Assembly: GCA_963558405.1 (NCBI GenBank)
Contig: CAUWGC010000026.1
Span: 1-14,107 of the forward strand
Length of the DNA: 14,107 bases
Source: an uncultured Clostridia bacterium
GTDB taxonomy: Bacteria; Bacillota; Clostridia; TANB77; CAG-508
Direction: 5' to 3'
The notes below the pieces were generated by a model. It had not been told where the DNA came from and did no database searches. It worked only from the letters and a program-made list of their open reading frames with translations. Below are positions 5,981 to 14,107 of this stretch, piece after piece; position 1 is the stretch's first letter; each line of letters begins with the position of its first letter. Both the position numbers and the translations under genes were made by a program.

Positions 5981-6014
5981 CTGATAATTCCTCCTTATTC
6001 ATAAGTTATATTAC

Positions 6015-6044
6015 ATAATATGAGTTTTTTTTTGTTTTGTTACA
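6015..6044 (-). promoter_or_regulatory. Mother-cell sporulation (sigmaK-like) promoter of cotJABC
   Basis: TGTAAC-N16-CATATTAT matches the AC-N16-CATA-N3-T pattern. Confidence 0.55.
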
Positions 6045-6071
6045 AGATTTATTTGTTATATGGTAATTTAC

Positions 6072-6113
6072 AATAAAAAAGAAGAAAACTGTCTTGTTTT
6101 CTTCTTTTTTATT
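6072..6113 (-). terminator. Intrinsic terminator (possibly bidirectional) after the PP2C-like gene
   Basis: 18-bp perfect inverted repeat AATAAAAAAGAAGAAAAC / GTTTTCTTCTTTTTTATT with a 6-nt loop. Confidence 0.75.
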
Positions 6114-6118
6114 AAATA

Positions 6119-6967
6119 TTATACTTTTTTGTAGATAATCAAAGTTCGCTCAGGTTCCTCATTTTCTAGTATTTCTGGATTATTTAAAAGTGTTTCTATT
6201 TTCTTTGTATCAGAAAATAAGTTTTCACATCCATCTGAATATGCACATATATACTTTACATTTTTTAAATCTATTTTATATACATCTATATAATATTCTG
6301 CATTTTTTTCTCCTGATAAAACTCCAAAAGTAATATCTTTTCCATTTTCCTTTTTACTAGGGTTATTCCTATATTCACTTCTTATTAATTTTCTATCTTT
6401 AGGATTTTCCCAATCAAAGTTATGCAATTTTTCGTAATCTTCAAACCATTTATGATTATTTATTGTTGTAAAAAGCAAATTATATTTTTCATCAAATAAA
6501 CTAATATGACAATCCCCTATTGAAAAAGCATATAAAGTATTATCTGTTATATATCCTCCAACAGAAACACAACAATAATAATCTTCTTTTAAGTAATCAA
6601 TACATCTACCTTTGTTTATATCAATTAGTTCATTATTTGATTTTACTATTGCTTGTTTTATTTTTTCTTCCGAAATGTCATTTTCTTTGATATTTGAAAT
6701 ATTGTTAACAAATGATTCTGCTATAATTTTTGCTGCTAAATATGCTCCACTTGGGTTTGGATATTCTTTTATAAATTCTATTGCTTCTTTTTCATTTTTA
6801 GGTTTTTTTATAGGATTACCATTAATATTATCTCTTGTCACTCCATCTGCTATACAAAAGCAATTATCCTTAATTTTATAATAGTCTTCTGAAACAGGTT
6901 TTAAACCATATTTCTTAAAAATAGATATATCATACATCTTATCATATACTAATTTGAATTCTTTCAT
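6119..6967 (-). CDS. PP2C/PPM-family phosphatase-like protein (282 aa)
   Basis: SED, CIADGV, SIGDC and AYSDG motifs in PP2C order. Confidence 0.75.
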   Translation of the reverse strand: MKEFKLVYDKMYDISIFKKYGLKPVSEDYYKIKDNCFCIADGVTRDNINGNPIKKPKNEKEAIEFIKEYPNPSGAYLAAKIIAESFVNNISNIKENDISEEKIKQAIVKSNNELIDINKGRCIDYLKEDYYCCVSVGGYITDNTLYAFSIGDCHISLFDEKYNLLFTTINNHKWFEDYEKLHNFDWENPKDRKLIRSEYRNNPSKKENGKDITFGVLSGEKNAEYYIDVYKIDLKNVKYICAYSDGCENLFSDTKKIETLLNNPEILENEEPERTLIIYKKV

Positions 6968-6975
6968 TTTTAAAA

Positions 6976-8013
6976 TTATCCTTCCACTTCTTTTTTTAGT
7001 ATTTTAAAAATTCTTTCTTCTGCAAATTTATTATCATATGATGTAAGTTTTATTTTTAATAATTCATCAACGTATTGCTCAAATTGATTGATGTTATCAC
7101 AAAATTTAATGTAGTCTAAATCTTTTAACCAATTATAAGATTCTATTATTTTATGATCCATGCTACTAAATACTATACAAGGAGTTTCTGTTATTGCAGA
7201 AAATATCATTCCATGTAATCTATCAGTTACTACAATTTTTGCTTCTTGAAATTCTTTAAATTTATCTTCCAATAACATTTCTCTGTTTTGGTCTGTTATA
7301 TTTGTAATTTCTACTTTATTATTTAAATTAAAAATGTGAAATCCATCATACTTATTTAACATTTCTTGTCTTAATTCTGGTATATTGCTATCTAAATTCA
7401 TGTCAGATAACTTATATTTTTTTACTTTTTCTTCAAGGACTTTTTTTATTATTACTTCATCATTATTATTTAATACTTTTTCTTTATCAACTCTAAGTAA
7501 TAACAAAGCTCCTTCTCTATTATTTTTATTGCTTGTCCTTTTTAATGTCATTACAATATCTGGAGTAAGATATACTTTTGCATTTTTAAAATTTTCTTTT
7601 ATAAAATTGTATGATTTATTTTCTCTTGCTAATATTACTAAGTGTTGGTGTTTATTATATATTTCCTTTGAAGTTTCTAGTTCTTTTTTACCCTTTTCAG
7701 TATTTGAAAAATATGCAGTTTGAGGAAACATAATAATTTTATTGTTTGGAAATAACTTTATTACTTCTCTTCTTCCATATTCTGGTCTGTCATAAGTATC
7801 TCCAAAATTACCTCCACCATGTAACATAATAATATCATCATCATTTATATATTTTTTTACTTTACCAATACATAAACTTAATAATTCCTCGTGAACTTGA
7901 TACAATTCAAACTCTGGAAAATATTTTTTTAACATTTCTTTTTCCGCCATAAAAATTGCTTGGTCACCTAAATTTCCATGATGAGGTTCTCCAATAATTA
8001 TTATCTTTTTCAT
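6976..8013 (-). CDS. Polysaccharide pyruvyl transferase (EpsI-like), 345 aa
   Basis: GNLGDQAI, HGGGNFGD, FPQT, ARE..SY, PDIV and VVTDRLHGMIF motifs. The GGAGGA SD supports ATG at 8013. Confidence 0.9.
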   Translation of the reverse strand: MKKIIIIGEPHHGNLGDQAIFMAEKEMLKKYFPEFELYQVHEELLSLCIGKVKKYINDDDIIMLHGGGNFGDTYDRPEYGRREVIKLFPNNKIIMFPQTAYFSNTEKGKKELETSKEIYNKHQHLVILARENKSYNFIKENFKNAKVYLTPDIVMTLKRTSNKNNREGALLLLRVDKEKVLNNNDEVIIKKVLEEKVKKYKLSDMNLDSNIPELRQEMLNKYDGFHIFNLNNKVEITNITDQNREMLLEDKFKEFQEAKIVVTDRLHGMIFSAITETPCIVFSSMDHKIIESYNWLKDLDYIKFCDNINQFEQYVDELLKIKLTSYDNKFAEERIFKILKKEVEG

Positions 8014-8031
8014 ATCTTCCTCCATTATTTG

Positions 8032-9948
8032 TTATTTTATAATTGTATCTATTTGTTTTAAATAATCGTTATCCTTTAACTCTTGAGTTTGATTTCCTCC
8101 CTCAACCTCGTTAGTATATTTATTTTCTATTCTTTCACGTTTTGAAACATTTCTTCTATACCATTCATATTCTATATCTATATGACCCATATCTAAAGCT
8201 TGATAACCTTCTTTAGCTAAGTCATAAGCTAATACTGTAGCTGTTGGTCCTAATGCCAATATAATAAGTACATCCTTAGGTTCTTGTTTTAATCTATTTA
8301 TAATTTCATCATATTTATTAAAAGCATCTTCTGCTGGACATAATACTCTTCTTACAGATTTGCATCCTTCTAATAAATCATTTCCAACTCCAACCCCTGT
8401 TTGTTCACCTTCACAAACTACTACGTCTTTATCTTTCCATATTTCTTTTATTATAGAAAAATACTTGCCACATTCACTTCTATCCTTATGTCTTATATAT
8501 GGTCTAGTTAAATTAGCTGTGCAATATTCCATGTTATCATTTATATATTTAAGCCATGTTTTTCTGGTTTTATACATGTTATCAATCCAAAATGCTTCAC
8601 TTTCAAAAGTTAAATTTTCAAATTTATTTATAACATCTGGTATTCCAATTAAACAGAATTCTTGATTATCTGCTAAAATACCTTTTAATCTTTCAGCTAA
8701 TTTTGAATTATGTTCTTGAAATTTTAAATCTTTATCAATGATTATATCAAGTTCTCCATCTCCAAAACGAGCAATGGATTTTCCTTCTTTTATTTTTATT
8801 AAAGATTCTTCTATTCCTAATATTGTTATATTACTTTTTTCCATTTCTTTAAGTAGTTCTTCTTTTTTATGTAAAAGTTCTATATCCATTTTAGTTTCCT
8901 CCATTTCTCTATATGTATCTGCATTTGGTTTAGACATTTTTTCTTTTAATTCCTTTGGTAATATTTTTCTTACTTGATTTAAAATTTCGCAATATCTTAA
9001 AGCTTGAGCATAATCTTTTTCCTCTATTGCATTTATAATGTATTGAACAGATTTAAATATAGTTGGTATTTTTAAATCATTACTAAGCATATAAAACCAT
9101 TTCATCTTATCTAATACTTCAATTCTTTCTTCTAGTGTTAATCTTGTTGAATCTATAAATTTATATAGTATATAATTCATACTTTTAGCATAAAAAAATC
9201 TATAAAAATCTAAACGATTATTCTCTTTAAAATTTTCGTATATAATTTTATACGCTTTATTTATTCCCATAAAATATTCTTTTGAACAGCTATTAGAAAT
9301 AGAATCAGAATATCTCATTCTATAATTGTACATTATTTTTGGCATATAATATACTTGTGAAGATTTTATAAAGCAATATGTTGTGAAAATAGCATCTTCT
9401 GCTGGAACTCTTTCAACAAACTTCATTTTTAATTCTTCCAAAAAACTTCTTCTAAAAATTTTGTTCCAAACAGTTGAATTCATTATAAAGAAGGAATTTT
9501 TGTAATCTTCTATAGAAAGTTTAAATTCCTTGTATTTATCTTGATCAAAGACAGGTTTTTCCCATTTAGTACCGTCTTCATCTATATATATATAATTTCC
9601 AACAACATATTCTGCATTTGTCTTTTCTATTTCTTTATAAAAATTTTCACAAGCATCAAGTTCAAATTTATCGTCAGAATCTAAGAACATTATATATTTT
9701 CCTGTTGCTAAATCTAATCCAGTATTTCTAGCTCCTGATAGTCCTTTATTTTTTTGATGAACTACAGTAATTCTATTGTCTTTTTTTGCATATTCTTCAC
9801 ATATATCACCTGAAGAATCTTTAGATTCATCATCTATTACAATAATTTCTAAATTTTTATAAGTTTGATTAATAACTGAATCTAATGCTTCTCCCACATA
9901 TTTTTCTACATTGTATACTGGTATAATAACTGTTATTTTATCTGTCAT
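8032..9948 (-). CDS. Fusion of a GT2 glycosyltransferase and a C-terminal GT-D fold (DUF1792) glycosyltransferase, 638 aa
   Basis: N-terminal IIPVYNVEKY...ARNTG...FLDSDD; C-terminal SIARFGDGE, TRPY, GVGNDL, LALGPTATVLAYDL and DMGHIDIEYEW. The GGAGG SD supports ATG at 9948. Confidence 0.9.
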   Translation of the reverse strand: MTDKITVIIPVYNVEKYVGEALDSVINQTYKNLEIIVIDDESKDSSGDICEEYAKKDNRITVVHQKNKGLSGARNTGLDLATGKYIMFLDSDDKFELDACENFYKEIEKTNAEYVVGNYIYIDEDGTKWEKPVFDQDKYKEFKLSIEDYKNSFFIMNSTVWNKIFRRSFLEELKMKFVERVPAEDAIFTTYCFIKSSQVYYMPKIMYNYRMRYSDSISNSCSKEYFMGINKAYKIIYENFKENNRLDFYRFFYAKSMNYILYKFIDSTRLTLEERIEVLDKMKWFYMLSNDLKIPTIFKSVQYIINAIEEKDYAQALRYCEILNQVRKILPKELKEKMSKPNADTYREMEETKMDIELLHKKEELLKEMEKSNITILGIEESLIKIKEGKSIARFGDGELDIIIDKDLKFQEHNSKLAERLKGILADNQEFCLIGIPDVINKFENLTFESEAFWIDNMYKTRKTWLKYINDNMEYCTANLTRPYIRHKDRSECGKYFSIIKEIWKDKDVVVCEGEQTGVGVGNDLLEGCKSVRRVLCPAEDAFNKYDEIINRLKQEPKDVLIILALGPTATVLAYDLAKEGYQALDMGHIDIEYEWYRRNVSKRERIENKYTNEVEGGNQTQELKDNDYLKQIDTIIK

Positions 9949-9979
9949 ATTTGTTCCTCCCTTTAAACGCTCTATAGCT

Positions 9980-10008
9980 ATTATACCATAGAGCAAAGCT
10001 TCTTTCAA
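9980..10008 (-). promoter_or_regulatory. sigmaA promoter of the glycosyltransferase operon
   Basis: TTGAAA (10008-10003), 17 bp, TG-G-TATAAT (9988-9980). The TTG used as start by the ORF track is this -35 element. Confidence 0.75.
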
Positions 10009-10077
10009 GCATTCTACTTATTCTTAATAATTAACATAAGGTTGTATATCCAAAATTTTCGATTTTTCCTATATAAT

Positions 10078-10120
10078 AAAAAAGAGGTTTCTATAACTTA
10101 GAAGTGAAACCTCTCTTTTT
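10078..10120 (-). terminator. Intrinsic terminator after the pyk-HAD gene pair
   Basis: AGAGGTTTC (10083-10091) / GAAACCTCT (10106-10114) stem flanked by A and T tracts. Confidence 0.65.
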
Positions 10121-10903
10121 TCATCTTTCTATATTATCTATTATACTTTGCTCTATATCGTATAAATTAATTAAGTGTCTTTGCATTATATTATGATACT
10201 CATTAAATCTTTGCCTAAAATCATTTAAATATAATCCATATTGTGATTTTTTATCAAATAATTTTTCTAATTCTTGATATACCATTTTCAAAGTAGGATC
10301 TTTACTATAGTCTTCTATAGTATGTAATATTTCTAAACTTTGTTCTTTAGAAAAATTGCTTTGTTTTTTTCCAAAACATCTTCCCATTTGATAAATAGAT
10401 GTTGGCTCTACCATTGTAGGAAGTAAAAAGAAATTTACTTCTTTATTTGGAGCATCATCTGTTTTATATAATTCTTGTAGTTTTAGAAACTCTTTTGGAT
10501 TATTTTCTATAAAATAGATTTGTTTGTAATCTAGCAAAGTAACAGGTTTATTATTGTTTTTATATATTTGATATTCTCTTGAATTTAAATACATATTAGA
10601 TTTTGCAATATTATTTTCAATATTTATTACATGGTCAAAAGGATTTTTTATTTGCTTTTCTTGCATCTTCTTAAAAAACATTTCTGTAATACTATTGTTA
10701 TCCGAAGTCCATAAAATCACATTAAATTCTTGATGTTGTTCTTTAAGCTTAGAAATTTTTTCTAAAAATTCTACACTACCTGGTCTTAGGAACATCATGT
10801 AACTTCCATTTTTTGAACAACATCCTCCATCTGCTAAAGTTCCACCTAAATCTATTACGATTACTTTTTCTTTTTGTACTGTTGAATCCTTCACAAAAGG
10901 CAC
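10121..10903 (-). CDS. NIF/FCP1-like HAD-superfamily protein with degenerate motifs; start codon uncertain
   Basis: VIVIDLGGTL, LRPGSVEFL, ILWTS and FIENNP occur in HAD motif order. Confidence 0.6.
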   Translation of the reverse strand: MPFVKDSTVQKEKVIVIDLGGTLADGGCCSKNGSYMMFLRPGSVEFLEKISKLKEQHQEFNVILWTSDNNSITEMFFKKMQEKQIKNPFDHVINIENNIAKSNMYLNSREYQIYKNNNKPVTLLDYKQIYFIENNPKEFLKLQELYKTDDAPNKEVNFFLLPTMVEPTSIYQMGRCFGKKQSNFSKEQSLEILHTIEDYSKDPTLKMVYQELEKLFDKKSQYGLYLNDFRQRFNEYHNIMQRHLINLYDIEQSIIDNIER

Positions 10904-10910
10904 ATCCTTT

Positions 10911-12350
10911 TTATAGTTTTAAAACTCCTCCAATACTTCTGTTAACTTCATCTTTGATTGTTTCATCTTCTTTTAAAATAGAAGCTCCACCAGCAATAAC
11001 AACTGTATCTCCTTCTGCTAATTTTCCTTGTTCCTTTAATTTCTCAATTCCTATTTTTAGCATATGATTTACAGTATCACCTTTCTTTAATAAAAATGGA
11101 TGTATGTTCCAATATAGTGCTAATTGACGATATGTACGTTCATTACTTGTAAATGCATAGATTGGACATGCTGGTAAATAACTTGCAATTATTCTTGGAG
11201 TATCTCCACATTCTGTATATGCAATAATAGCTTTTGCATCCATTTGCATTGCTGTAAAGCAAATAGAATAATTTAAATTAAATTCATAATTTAATGATTT
11301 TAAATCATATTCTCTATTTCTAAATCTCTTCCAATATTTTATGTTTGATTCAATAGCATCTGCTATTTTACTCATTGTTTTAACACATTCTACTGGATAT
11401 TTACCCATTGCACTTTCTCCAGATAGCATTATTGCCCCTGTTCCATCAAAAATTGCATTCGCAACATCACTTACTTCTGCTCTTGTAGGTCTTGGATTTT
11501 CTGTCATACTCTCTAGCATTTGTGTAGCTGTTATAACAATTTTTCCTTCTCTATAGCATGATTTAATAAATTGTTTTTGTACGATAGGCACTTGTTCTAA
11601 TGGTATTTCCACTCCCATATCTCCACGTGCTACCATAATTCCATCAGAAACACTTAAAATTTCTTTTTGGTTTTCTATTCCTTCTTGGTTTTCTATTTTA
11701 GCAATTATTTTTATTTTATCTCCGCCGTTTTCATTTAATACTTTACGTATATCTAAAACGTCTTGTTTTCTTCTTACAAATGAAGCAGCTATATAGTCAA
11801 AATCTGCTTTTACAGCATCTTTTAAATCTTGAATATCTTTTTCTTTTAAACTAGGTAAATTTAATTTTATACCAGGTACATTAACTGTTTTTCTATTTCC
11901 TAATTTAGCTCCATGTGTTATAACACAATGAATATCTTTGTCTTCTACTTTTTCTACTTCTAATTCTATTGAACCATCATCAATTAAAATTTTTGTTCCC
12001 TGTGTTACATCTTTATAAAGTTCTTTATAAGTAACAGATACTTTATTTTTATCTCCTTCGATATCTTCATTTACAAGTACAAATTTTTCTCCTGTTACTA
12101 AAAATACAGGTGCTTCTTTTAATTTTCCAGTTCTTATTTCTGGTCCTTGTGTATCTAATAATAACGCAACTGGAAGTCCAAGTTCTTCTCTTGCTTGTTT
12201 TACTGCATTTATAAATTTTTCTTGTTCTTTATATGAACCATGTGAAAAATTAATTCTAGCAACATTCATTCCTGCTTTAATTAATTCCTTTAAAGTTTCT
12301 ACCTCTCCACTTGCTGGACCTATTGTACATACTATTTTTGTCTTTCTCAA
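10911..12350 (-). CDS. pyk: Pyruvate kinase (479 aa)
   Basis: RKTKIVCTIGPAS, ARINFSHG, DTQGPEIRTG, IAKIEN, MVARGDMGVE, ATQMLESM and PTRAEVSDVANA motifs; TTG start with SD. Confidence 0.98.
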   Translation of the reverse strand: MRKTKIVCTIGPASGEVETLKELIKAGMNVARINFSHGSYKEQEKFINAVKQAREELGLPVALLLDTQGPEIRTGKLKEAPVFLVTGEKFVLVNEDIEGDKNKVSVTYKELYKDVTQGTKILIDDGSIELEVEKVEDKDIHCVITHGAKLGNRKTVNVPGIKLNLPSLKEKDIQDLKDAVKADFDYIAASFVRRKQDVLDIRKVLNENGGDKIKIIAKIENQEGIENQKEILSVSDGIMVARGDMGVEIPLEQVPIVQKQFIKSCYREGKIVITATQMLESMTENPRPTRAEVSDVANAIFDGTGAIMLSGESAMGKYPVECVKTMSKIADAIESNIKYWKRFRNREYDLKSLNYEFNLNYSICFTAMQMDAKAIIAYTECGDTPRIIASYLPACPIYAFTSNERTYRQLALYWNIHPFLLKKGDTVNHMLKIGIEKLKEQGKLAEGDTVVIAGGASILKEDETIKDEVNRSIGGVLKL

Positions 12351-12416
12351 TGTAATTCCCCCTTACTTATTTACAACAATATACGATTTATTTCGACATT
12401 TGTACTCTAAGACCCT

Positions 12417-12446
12417 ATTATACCACACTTTTTCTAATATGTTCAA
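12417..12446 (-). promoter_or_regulatory. sigmaA promoter of pyk
   Basis: TTGAAC (12446-12441), 18 bp, TG-G-TATAAT (12425-12417). Confidence 0.6.
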
Positions 12447-12466
12447 CCTATATTTTTATTTTTTCT

Positions 12467-13168
12467 TTATTTTTCTTCTAATTCTCTTTTTTTATTATCT
12501 GTAATACAACTTTTTGGTTCTTTAAAACTTAAATACCAACTCATTCCATTTTTATTTTCTTCAATATACTTATTTCGTTCTTCTAATTCTATAAATGTTT
12601 TAGGAACAGGTATAATTACAGGATTACAAGGAACCCAATTTGCAGGTATAGCTACTTTTTCTCTATCTGATAATTGAAGAGCTTCTATGGTTCTTAATAT
12701 TTCTGGAATACATCTTCCAACTTGCATAGGATAAACTAAAATAGTTCTTACAATACCTTTATCATCTATAATAAACACATTTCTTACTGTTTCTGTGTTA
12801 CTAATATCCGATGCAATCATACCATATTTTCTAGCTATTACTCCATTTTGATCTGCTATAATAGGAAATGGAATTCTTATTCCAGTTTTGCAAAAAATAT
12901 CATAAATCCATGCAAGATGTGATGCATTGCTATCAACACTAAGTCCTATCAAGCATGTATTTAATCTTTCAAAATACTGTGATGCCTTTGCAAATGCTAT
13001 TATCTCTGTTGTACATACGGGGGTAAAATCTCCTGGATGCGAAAATAAAACTATCCATTTTCCTTTATAATTATCTAAAGATATTTGTCCCATAGTAGTT
13101 ATTGCTTCAAAATCCGGGGCTTTTTGCCCTATTCTTACATTTCCATTCATCATTAATTCATAATCCAT
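12467..13168 (-). CDS. Peroxiredoxin, Prx6-type (233 aa)
   Basis: FSHPGDFTPVCTTE active site, GLSVD, FPIIAD, VRNVFIID, YP...GR...EILR and PANW motifs. Confidence 0.93.
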   Translation of the reverse strand: MDYELMMNGNVRIGQKAPDFEAITTMGQISLDNYKGKWIVLFSHPGDFTPVCTTEIIAFAKASQYFERLNTCLIGLSVDSNASHLAWIYDIFCKTGIRIPFPIIADQNGVIARKYGMIASDISNTETVRNVFIIDDKGIVRTILVYPMQVGRCIPEILRTIEALQLSDREKVAIPANWVPCNPVIIPVPKTFIELEERNKYIEENKNGMSWYLSFKEPKSCITDNKKRELEEK

Positions 13169-13212
13169 ATATAAACTCCTTTCAAGCTATAAAGCTCGTT
13201 TGATATTTATAT

Positions 13213-13243
13213 ATTTTATGAAACATAATGTTTAATGGTTACA
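13213..13243 (-). promoter_or_regulatory. sigmaK-like promoter of the peroxiredoxin gene
   Basis: TGTAAC-N17-CATAAAAT, the same architecture as upstream of cotJA. Confidence 0.5.
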
Positions 13244-13280
13244 TTATTATTGTTACTTTAATTAAAAACTATTTAACTTA

Positions 13281-13667
13281 TTATTTTTTTATATTATTTG
13301 AACTTCTCCATTCTTTTTTTAATTCTTTTTCTTCTCTCTCATCCGCATATTCTTGTTCTACATCTATTAAATATATTTTATCTTTAAATTTCCCCTTCCT
13401 ACTACTTTTTATTTTTCTAGCTTTTTCAACATCTTCTGATGAAATATTTTTTAAATGCATTATTGCACTAATAACCTCTACTAAATCAGCAAGTTCCTCA
13501 ACTGAATGTTCTTCTATAAATTCATGAGCTTCTTCAAATATTTTTTTATCAAGCTCTTGCAAATATTCCTCATTATTTAATATTCTATAATTTGCTTTTC
13601 TGCCTTCTATTTTATTAATTTCTTCTGGTATTTTATCTCTAACTAATTTATTATATACATATTTCAT
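13281..13667 (-). CDS. MazG-like / PRA-PH-family nucleoside triphosphate pyrophosphohydrolase (128 aa)
   Basis: YNKLVRDKIP, EEAHEF, EELADLVEV and RKGKF motifs. Confidence 0.85.
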   Translation of the reverse strand: MKYVYNKLVRDKIPEEINKIEGRKANYRILNNEEYLQELDKKIFEEAHEFIEEHSVEELADLVEVISAIMHLKNISSEDVEKARKIKSSRKGKFKDKIYLIDVEQEYADEREEKELKKEWRSSNNIKK

Positions 13668-13689
13668 AATATCACTCCAATCCTCTTAT

Positions 13690-13718
13690 ATTGTAAAACA
13701 TTTGTTCTTATTTGTCAA
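13690..13718 (-). promoter_or_regulatory. sigmaA promoter with a LexA-like box in its spacer
   Basis: TTGACA (13718-13713), 17 bp, TACAAT (13695-13690); GAAC-AAAT-GTTT at 13707-13696. Confidence 0.7.
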
Positions 13719-13812
13719 TTATCTTTATTATTTTAATTTTATATATAATATGTTAATTAGTATTTGCATAAAGGCTAGTCCTATTGAAATTACTATAATT
13801 TTTATCTTATCA

Positions 13813-14050
13813 ATCGAGTAGAGGATAATTCTTAATGAATTTCTCCCCTCTCACACCACCACTCAAGCGGTTCTCGCAAATGGCGGTTCAATTTGTTATC
13901 GAATTTAGAACTCGGTTCGCTGCTTTTTCACTTTTAACAAGTATTATACAATCATCTGCATATCTTACAAAGTTTAGTCCTCTTGCTTCAAGTTCTTTAT
14001 CTAGTTCATTTAACATTATATTGCTTAGTAATGGGCTTAAGTTTCCTCCT
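13813..14050 (-). mobile_element. Group II intron remnant (class C / IIC type): RT fragment joined to domains V-VI and the 3' splice end
   Basis: DV-like GAACCGCC...GAACCGC...GGTGGTGTGAGAGG (13889-13847), a DVI stem and the terminal CTACTCGAT ending at 13813. Confidence 0.88.
13888..14049 (-). pseudogene. Group II intron reverse transcriptase fragment (RT4-RT5 region, 53 aa)
   Basis: GGNLSPLLSNIMLNELDKELEARGLNFVRYADDCIILVKSEKAANRVLNSITN*; no start codon, and an in-frame stop lies upstream at 14080-14082. Confidence 0.9.
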
Positions 14051-14053
14051 ATT

Positions 14054-14107
14054 TTATGGAAAGCTTTCCATAATATTGGTTATAGAAACTTTATTATTAT
14101 GGAAAGT
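14054..14107. repeat. dif-like 28-bp site (14063-14090) with extra half-site copies
   Basis: GCTTTCCATAA-TATTGG-TTATAGAAACT has an 11-6-11 layout. There is also a 20-bp palindrome TTATGGAAAGCTTTCCATAA (14054-14073) and another TTATGGAAAGT (14097-14107). Confidence 0.55.

Noticed and set aside
6612-8977. Plus-strand ORFs 6612-6881, 7385-7723, 8360-8665 and 8738-8977
   Set aside because: All lie wholly antisense to well-supported genes and show no motifs.
10813-13527. Plus-strand ORFs 10813-11067, 11341-11556 and 13228-13527
   Set aside because: Antisense shadows of pyk, the HAD gene and the MazG-like gene.
13888-14049. RT fragment as a retron or diversity-generating retroelement
   Set aside because: The sequence is group II intron-type and is followed directly by intron domains V-VI.
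14054-14107. TTATGGAAAG repeats as the start of a CRISPR array
   Set aside because: The units are ~10 bp, in mixed orientation and irregularly spaced; there is no repeat-spacer periodicity.

Overview
AT-rich DNA from a spore-forming Bacillota (clostridia-like) genome. Bases 1-~5150 are the right end of a temperate prophage. It contains small leftward early genes, a Cro/CI-type switch with five 13-bp operators, an orphan long PemK/MazF-fold nuclease coupled to the repressor gene, a frameshifted ImmA/IrrE anti-repressor and a large serine recombinase. The prophage sits inside the spore-coat manganese catalase gene cotJC. A 35-codon 5' fragment of cotJC (5143-5250, missed by the ORF track) follows cotJA-cotJB and breaks right after the conserved QYGGPDG motif. 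Directly downstream of the PemK gene, a perfect sigmaA promoter, two hairpins and a terminator define an unannotated ~75-nt convergent small RNA, a candidate RNA antitoxin. The rest is minus-strand host DNA: a PP2C-like phosphatase, a polysaccharide pyruvyl transferase, a GT2/GT-D fusion, a NIF-like HAD protein, pyk, a peroxiredoxin and a MazG-like pyrophosphatase. The window ends in a doubly deleted group IIC intron remnant that abuts a dif-like 11-6-11 site. Family calls come from motif recognition only; no searches were run.
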